The notes beneath the pieces were generated by a model. That model did not search any database. It was not told where the DNA came from and was given only the letters and a program-made list of their open reading frames with translations. From the NCBI GenBank assembly GCA_964637115.1, contig CAZWVL010000004.1:75258-139257 (forward strand): DNA of 64,000 nt. Direction: 5' to 3'. Source of the DNA: an uncultured Methanosarcinales archaeon. GTDB taxonomy: Archaea > Nanobdellota > Nanobdellia > Woesearchaeales > ARS49. Shown in pieces: positions 59,633 through 64,000 of this stretch. The position numbers and the translations under genes were made by a program. How positions within the stretch are numbered: the stretch's first letter is position 1; each line of letters opens with the position of its first letter.

Positions 59633-60306
59633 AGTTTCACTGCTGGTTTATCCTTGCCTACGACAAACGCGACTTGTTTGAGTGTTTCGAATTTTTCTTT
59701 TCCTTTGGTGAACCATAATCGGTCTCCTTGGATGTCATCGATGACTGCTATTGTGCCCGTATGTTTTCCGCTTGTCATGAATGCCGTATTTCCTTTTGCA
59801 AGTGGGAAGTGGCCGATTATTTTCTGGCTCGGGACTTCAATGAGCAGGCTGTCGCCGGTTGCGTACGTTCCCTTATCTGCCAGAATGTTTCTTCCGCTTG
59901 ACAGGTTGAGCTGAACTTTGTTTCCTTTGACTATTCTTTTGCCAATGACTCTGCAGATTTTCTTGCTCATGTCTGCATCGCTTGTTTCAATGAACTTGAG
60001 TCTTCCTTTGTCGTTAAGCGTGCATCTGAGATTGATATTTGGTTTGAGGTGTATGGCATCCATGAAGCCCGTGCTGTAACTAGGTTCTCTGACAACGCTG
60101 CCGTCTACCATGACAACTTTTTCATTCAGTATTTTCTTGATTTCTCTGCCGGTTTTTGCAAAACCGAGCTGTTTTAACAGCAAAGCTATTGGCAGTGAAC
60201 GCTCGAATGGATGAGCTCCCGCTTGCGGTCTGATTATCCACTTTGTTGTTTTTCTGAGGATTGTCCAGCTTTTTGGCGCATTGTATGCTTTGAGATGGTT
60301 GCTCAT
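59629..60306 (-). CDS. rps4e: Ribosomal protein eS4
   Basis: HLKAYNAPKSW.I.RKTTKWIIRPQAGAHPFERSLPIALLL. Confidence 0.95.
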   Translation of the reverse strand: MSNHLKAYNAPKSWTILRKTTKWIIRPQAGAHPFERSLPIALLLKQLGFAKTGREIKKILNEKVVMVDGSVVREPSYSTGFMDAIHLKPNINLRCTLNDKGRLKFIETSDADMSKKICRVIGKRIVKGNKVQLNLSSGRNILADKGTYATGDSLLIEVPSQKIIGHFPLAKGNTAFMTSGKHTGTIAVIDDIQGDRLWFTKGKEKFETLKQVAFVVGKDKPAVKL

Positions 60307-60677
60307 TTCTTTTCACCTTCGGGCGATAGTCTTCGTTTGTCTGTTTGTAATTCTTGGATTAGCAATTGTGAAGGATGTATTGCGTAGAGTGACTTGCTGC
60401 CGTCTTTTTTGACCATCTCGATACCTGTTATGAATACTTTCATGCGCGTTGTATTGACTCTGTCAACTGTCCCCGTTTTGCCTTTGTGTTGGCCGCGCAT
60501 AACCTTCACTTTATCTCCTTTTCTAACTCTTAGCGATCTTTTTTTGAGTTTTTGTCTGAGGTCTTTTGACAAATGGCTGCCCAGTAACGTGCTTCTGATG
60601 TGCAATGGCGCATTGCGTACGTACATGCGCTGTTTGCCTGGTTTCACGCTTCCGCTAAACGATGCGTTCCATTTCAT
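60303..60677 (-). CDS. rpl24: Ribosomal protein uL24
   Basis: KOW segment RVRKGDKVKVMRGQHKGKTGTVDRV. Confidence 0.9.
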   Translation of the reverse strand: MKWNASFSGSVKPGKQRMYVRNAPLHIRSTLLGSHLSKDLRQKLKKRSLRVRKGDKVKVMRGQHKGKTGTVDRVNTTRMKVFITGIEMVKKDGSKSLYAIHPSQLLIQELQTDKRRLSPEGEKK

Positions 60678-61075
60678 ACGACTGTGCTCGCGATTTTAGC
60701 CACCATTGGCCATTTGTCTGCCGCTTCTTTCGCTATTGGTCCCTTGATCATTGTGCCTTTTGGGTTGCCCATTTCGTCCTTGAGCACAACTGCCGCGTTG
60801 TCTTCAAAGCGTACGTGCGTGCCGTCAAGGCGCCGGTATGGCATGCGCTGTCTGACAATGATTGCTGCTACAACTTGTTTTCTCATTTCAGGTTTGCCTT
60901 CAACAACTGAGCACATTACATAGTCTCCTATTGTTGCTGAAGGTTTTCTGCCTTTGACGGTTTTTGCGTTTTTCACGCTAATAATTCTGAGTATTCTTGC
61001 TCCGCTGTTGTCGCACGCGAGCACGTTTGCCGTGTGCGGGAGTCCTCTTGTGAGTCGTGCTTTAACTGCTTTCAT
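60674..61075 (-). CDS. rpl14: Ribosomal protein uL14
   Basis: LACDNSGARILRIISV...GDYVMCSVVEGKPEMRKQVVAAIIVRQR. Confidence 0.95.
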   Translation of the reverse strand: MKAVKARLTRGLPHTANVLACDNSGARILRIISVKNAKTVKGRKPSATIGDYVMCSVVEGKPEMRKQVVAAIIVRQRMPYRRLDGTHVRFEDNAAVVLKDEMGNPKGTMIKGPIAKEAADKWPMVAKIASTVV

Positions 61076-61397
61076 CTTCCTTCTTCTCCTGTTTTACTTT
61101 TGCTTCTTCCATCAGTTCTTGTTTTGCCGCGAACAGCTTTTCATAGCCGACTTTCTCTACTATGATGAAGTGTTTGGTTTTGCTGATTGGTCTGCATTCG
61201 ATTAGTTTGACAATGTCTCCTTTCTTTGCATCGATACTTTGTGGATTGTGAGCTTTGACCCTTGTTCTGCTGGTCATGTAACGCTCGTACTTGCTTACGT
61301 ATTTTCGTCTAGGCCATTCTACTGTTGCCGTGGATTGCATTTTGGCATCTACAACGACGCCGGTAAATGTTCTTCCTCTGGTTCTGATTGTTTCCAT
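61062..61397 (-). CDS. rps17: Ribosomal protein uS17
   Basis: GRTFTGVVVDAKMQSTATVEW...KAHNPQSIDAKKGDIVKLIECRPISKTKHF. Confidence 0.9.
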   Translation of the reverse strand: METIRTRGRTFTGVVVDAKMQSTATVEWPRRKYVSKYERYMTSRTRVKAHNPQSIDAKKGDIVKLIECRPISKTKHFIIVEKVGYEKLFAAKQELMEEAKVKQEKKEDESS

Positions 61398-61652
61398 TTA
61401 GTTCACCTTGATCTTGACGCGTTCTTCCGGTGCTGCGAGGACGTCATCCCCCGCAATCTCCTGGCCGTCGATTTCAAACACGCTTCCGTGTTTCTGCACG
61501 CGCTTCACTCCCCTTGCGGTTTCCACCACTATTGTGTTGCGTGTTTCATCGACGACAATTCCCTCAACTTTCTGGCTTGGGTTTGATGCCGTGATGACGC
61601 AAATGTGTTTGCCTATCCATTCTGCATGAATAACGTGTGTACTCATGCTCAC
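61398..61652 (-). CDS. rnp1: RNase P protein component 1 (Rpp29/Pop4)
   Basis: WIGKHICVITASNPSQKVEGIVVDETRNTIVVETARGVKRVQKHGSVFEI. Conserved position between SUI1 and uS17. Confidence 0.85.
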   Translation of the reverse strand: MSMSTHVIHAEWIGKHICVITASNPSQKVEGIVVDETRNTIVVETARGVKRVQKHGSVFEIDGQEIAGDDVLAAPEERVKIKVN

Positions 61653-61954
61653 TTGACTATGATTGTTTCTGGTGCAAATCCTGCCTCGATGAGGATTTGT
61701 TTTGCTTTTTGTTTGTGTTCGCCCTGCAGCTCGATCTTGCCTTCTTTGATTGTGCCGCCGCAGGCCAGTTTTGCCTTCAGTTTCTTGGCAAGTTGGTCGA
61801 GGTCGATTTCTTTGGAATCGATTCCCTCTATGATTGTATACATCTTGTTGAATTTTTTTGCCTCGGTTCGCACGATAATTTTCTGGCTTTCCTTGGCAAT
61901 GCTTTCACACACGCAGAGCTCTTTTGGGAGCCCGCACGTTACGCATACAGTCAT
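61649..61954 (-). CDS. sui1: Translation initiation factor SUI1 (aIF1)
   Basis: CVTCGLPKELCVCE...IIVRTEAKKFNKMYTIIEGI...LAKKLKAKLACGGTIKEGKIELQGEH. Confidence 0.9.
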   Translation of the reverse strand: MTVCVTCGLPKELCVCESIAKESQKIIVRTEAKKFNKMYTIIEGIDSKEIDLDQLAKKLKAKLACGGTIKEGKIELQGEHKQKAKQILIEAGFAPETIIVK

Positions 61955-62235
61955 ATTTTTTTCGCTGCCTCCGAGTCTTTTGACGAGGAGACTCGACGAA
62001 CGTTGTTCGTCGCTGCCTCCTTAGAGACGCCGCCAACTTTGGTTGGCGAAGCCTTTTGTGCGAGTATTGTGTGGATGCGTGCTATTGTTTTCTTTGCAAG
62101 TCTGAGCTTGCCCGGATTTTTCGGTATTGTGCCCGTGGCAACTTGCGCGTTATCTTTCATGAGTTCTTTGTGCAGCTCAAGGATTTTTTGCTTGAGGTCT
62201 GCTTCTCCCAGTACGCGCAGTTCCTTGATCTTCAT
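61951..62235 (-). CDS. rpl29: Ribosomal protein uL29 with ~30-aa C-terminal extension
   Basis: MKIKELRVLGEADLKQKILELHKELMKDNAQVATG. The extension is encoded by a hairpin-rich segment (61972-62048). Confidence 0.9.
   Translation of the reverse strand: MKIKELRVLGEADLKQKILELHKELMKDNAQVATGTIPKNPGKLRLAKKTIARIHTILAQKASPTKVGGVSKEAATNNVRRVSSSKDSEAAKKI
61972..62048 (-). other. Three consecutive hairpins flanked by an 11-nt direct repeat inside the uL29 3' extension
   Basis: CGAGTC/GACTCG (61972-61977 / 61990-61995). GACGAAC/GTTCGTC (61995-62001 / 62005-62011). CGCCAAC/GTTGGCG (62031-62037 / 62042-62048). TCGCTGCCTCC occurs at 61962-61972 and 62010-62020. Confidence 0.6.
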
Positions 62236-62891
62236 GTTTTCTCCTCAATCTTTTCAGTTTTTGCCTGCTTCTCTGTTGTTTTTTCTATCGGCACGTCTTT
62301 CTTGACTTCAATGTCGTCAGGCAGCTTGACGTCCGGCGTCATTATCGCTACTTGTATTCCGATTTCTCCTGTTTTCATGATAGAGACTGCTTGTGCTCGT
62401 TTGACTCCTTCTACTGCAATGTTGCCGCACTTTTTGAGGTAGCCTGAGTAGAATCGCCAGGTTTTTGCTCGTTGTGATGGCACTTTGCCTGAAATCAAAA
62501 CTTCAATTCCTAACGCCCCTGCTCCCATGACATCCATCATTGTCTTGTGTCCTATTGCTTTGAACTTGTTGATTCCAAATCTTTCTATTGTGCTCGCGAT
62601 TCTTTCTGCTACAATTTGAGCGTCCAGGTTTGGATTCTCGACTTCCGCTATCTCAATCTGCGGGTTTTCAAGGTTGAATTTCTTCTTGAGCGTGTTTGTA
62701 AGCTTCTTGATGTTCTCTCCTTTTCTGCCGACGACCAATCCTGGTCTGCTTGCGTAGATGACTACCTTTTCCCCGAGTGGAGTTCTTACTAATTTGGTGT
62801 GTGAGTGGCCTACATTTTTCAGCGTCTGTGAGATAAACTCCTGGATTTGGAATTCTTTCAGTCTTTCTGCGATGAATTTGCGTTCAATCAT
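62232..62891 (-). CDS. rps3: Ribosomal protein uS3
   Basis: KH domain ...VRTPLGEKVVIYASRPGLVVGRKGENIKKL. Confidence 0.95.
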   Translation of the reverse strand: MIERKFIAERLKEFQIQEFISQTLKNVGHSHTKLVRTPLGEKVVIYASRPGLVVGRKGENIKKLTNTLKKKFNLENPQIEIAEVENPNLDAQIVAERIASTIERFGINKFKAIGHKTMMDVMGAGALGIEVLISGKVPSQRAKTWRFYSGYLKKCGNIAVEGVKRAQAVSIMKTGEIGIQVAIMTPDVKLPDDIEVKKDVPIEKTTEKQAKTEKIEEKT

Positions 62892-63358
62892 TTTTTAGCC
62901 ACCTGAACTTTTTTCACTTCAACATCTTGTTTCTTGATCTCTTCAACTATCAGTTCGATGTGTGTTCTTTTTGCTTTTGCCCGTTGTCTTCCGTTGTGCA
63001 TTACTGTTGGTCCTTTTTGTGCGCTCGCGTGCGTGATTATCAGGTTTCCTGTGCTTAATCCTTTGAATTGGGCGTTTGCTTCTGCGTTTTTCAGAATCTT
63101 GAGTATCTGGTCGCACGTTGTTGGTGCGTAGCTTCCAGGTCCCATTCCTGCCTTGTGTCCGGTGTTTCTGTTGTATTTTTTCATTTCTATTGGTCTTTTG
63201 AGCGCCATGGCATCTTCAAGCAGTTTCTTCGCTTTCTGCAAGTTCAATCCCCTTATTGCCGAGCATACTTGTGTGCTTTGTTTGCGGGAGATTGGTAGTG
63301 CTAATCCTACTGCTTTTGCGCTGTTTTCCGTTATTTTTGTTGAGTATGCGTATGCCAT
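62888..63358 (-). CDS. rpl22: Ribosomal protein uL22
   Basis: AKAVGLALPISRKQSTQVCSAIRGLNLQKAKKLLEDA...ITHASAQKGPTVMHNGRQRAKAKRTHIELIV. Confidence 0.92.
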   Translation of the reverse strand: MAYAYSTKITENSAKAVGLALPISRKQSTQVCSAIRGLNLQKAKKLLEDAMALKRPIEMKKYNRNTGHKAGMGPGSYAPTTCDQILKILKNAEANAQFKGLSTGNLIITHASAQKGPTVMHNGRQRAKAKRTHIELIVEEIKKQDVEVKKVQVAKK

Positions 63359-63359
63359 T

Positions 63360-63749
63360 TTATCTCACCGAGAGTGATGCGCTGCTTCTTGTTGCTCCGA
63401 TACCTGGTGCGCTGTGCCTGACTTGTCTTCGAGTCTGTGCGAATTCTCCGAGTCTGTGGGCAAGCATTTCCGGCTCGAGCTGTAGCATTATCCATTCTTT
63501 GCCGTTGTGGACTTTAACCACTTTACCGACCATTTCTGGGATGATTATCATGTCTCTGCAGTGTGCTTTGATGTCTTTCTCGTTTGCTTTAATGCTGGCG
63601 AGGAATTTTTTTTCTACTTCAGTGAATCCTCTCTTTATTTTTCTGCGCTCGCGTGCTGGGACGAGTTTTGCGAACTCTTCTAGGCTGAGCTTCTGTATTT
63701 CCTGTATGTTTTTTCCGCGATAGAGGAATTCTTTAGCCATAGAAATCAC
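63360..63749 (-). CDS. rps19: Ribosomal protein uS19
   Basis: IIIPEMVGKVVKVHNGKEWIMLQLEPEMLAHRLGEFAQTR..VRHSAPGIGATRSS. Confidence 0.95.
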   Translation of the reverse strand: MISMAKEFLYRGKNIQEIQKLSLEEFAKLVPARERRKIKRGFTEVEKKFLASIKANEKDIKAHCRDMIIIPEMVGKVVKVHNGKEWIMLQLEPEMLAHRLGEFAQTRRQVRHSAPGIGATRSSASLSVR

Positions 63750-63801
63750 CTCTGGCGGTTTCTGGGGTTTCGGAAAACTTGTTTTCAGTTACCATTTTTT
63801 A

Positions 63802-64000
63802 TCACTTCTTCCTTCCAGTTTGTCTTGGCCACAATTTTCCAACCTTTCTGCCAGGTGGTGCGAAGTGGCCGACTGACTTGTTCTTTGCTTTTCTGCTCGT
63901 ACGCTTGTTTCCGTACGGGTGGTCAACTGCGTTTTGTGCTGCAGCGCTTGGGTTTGGCCAGCGCTTGTTGGTCATTCTCTTTCTGAAATGCTTGACTCCT
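63802..64000 (-). CDS. rpl2: Ribosomal protein uL2 (C-terminal part; 5' end outside window)
   Basis: Not in the ORF track. My minus-strand translation gives ...NAVDHPYGNKRTSRKAKNKSVGHFAPPGRKVGKLWPRQTGRKK* with the stop at 63802-63804. Confidence 0.85.
   Translation of the reverse strand, partial: GVKHFRKRMTNKRWPNPSAAAQNAVDHPYGNKRTSRKAKNKSVGHFAPPGRKVGKLWPRQTGRKK

Noticed and set aside
61637-62305. 222-aa plus-strand ORF
   Set aside because: It is antisense to sui1, uL29 and uS3 in the ribosomal cluster.
1-64000. tRNA, rRNA, CRISPR arrays, transposases or integrases
   Set aside because: - I scanned all intergenic regions over 70 nt (17905-18161, 26769-27020, 38510-38892, 51101-51322, 51905-52019, 12629-13035).
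- I found no T-loop/acceptor patterns and no regularly spaced repeats.
- No ORF has recombinase or transposase motifs.

Overview
This is a densely packed segment of an archaeal chromosome, about 40% GC by eye. It holds roughly 80 CDS, many joined by 4-nt ATGA/GTGA start-stop overlaps.

**Layout**
- **1-10.5 kb, minus strand:** an operon of secreted and surface proteins. A 1699-aa Cys-rich giant membrane protein sits with three proteins that have pilin-type (class III-like) N-termini and two Sec-signal Cys-rich proteins.
- **10.6-19.2 kb:** RNase P Rpp30, an RsuA/RluB-type pseudouridine synthase, eL34, eL14, a ~57% GC 300-bp island, an EamA transporter, PheRS beta and alpha, a TrmB-type regulator and Pelota.
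- **19.3-25.1 kb, plus strand:** a five-gene envelope operon. It encodes an N-anchored repeat protein, a polytopic membrane protein and three tandem paralogous lipobox proteins.
- **25-38.5 kb:** Nudix, RFC small subunit, PRC-barrel protein, TyrRS, M24 peptidase, PAN, Trm5, FEN1, EndA, RNase Z, histone, Hjc, TFE, an eIF2B-like protein and a second TrmB paralog.
- **38.5-45.8 kb:** an AT-rich replication origin with ORB-like repeats, followed by orc1/cdc6, PolD DP1 and DP2, Nudix and a MazG-like protein.
- **45.8-52 kb:** DUF424, aIF2-beta, a SpoIIM-like protein, an OB-fold protein, a surface protein, MCM and TBP.
- **52-64 kb, minus strand:** a methyltransferase, a DUF106/YidC-like protein, SecY and the ribosomal protein supercluster from uL15 back to uL2 (partial).

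**Lineage (inference):** PolD plus histone, missing adk/cmk and giant Cys-rich surface proteins suggest a small-genome, DPANN-like archaeon.

I recognised no rRNA, tRNA, CRISPR array, transposase or integrase.

**Most noteworthy**
- The uncharacterised lipobox-paralog envelope operon (19290-25082).
- The pilin-like/giant adhesin operon (1-10513).
- A ~56-nt intergenic element present twice, with three compensatory base-pair changes (35511-35566 and 51223-51277).
- ORB-like boxes at the origin and upstream of mcm.
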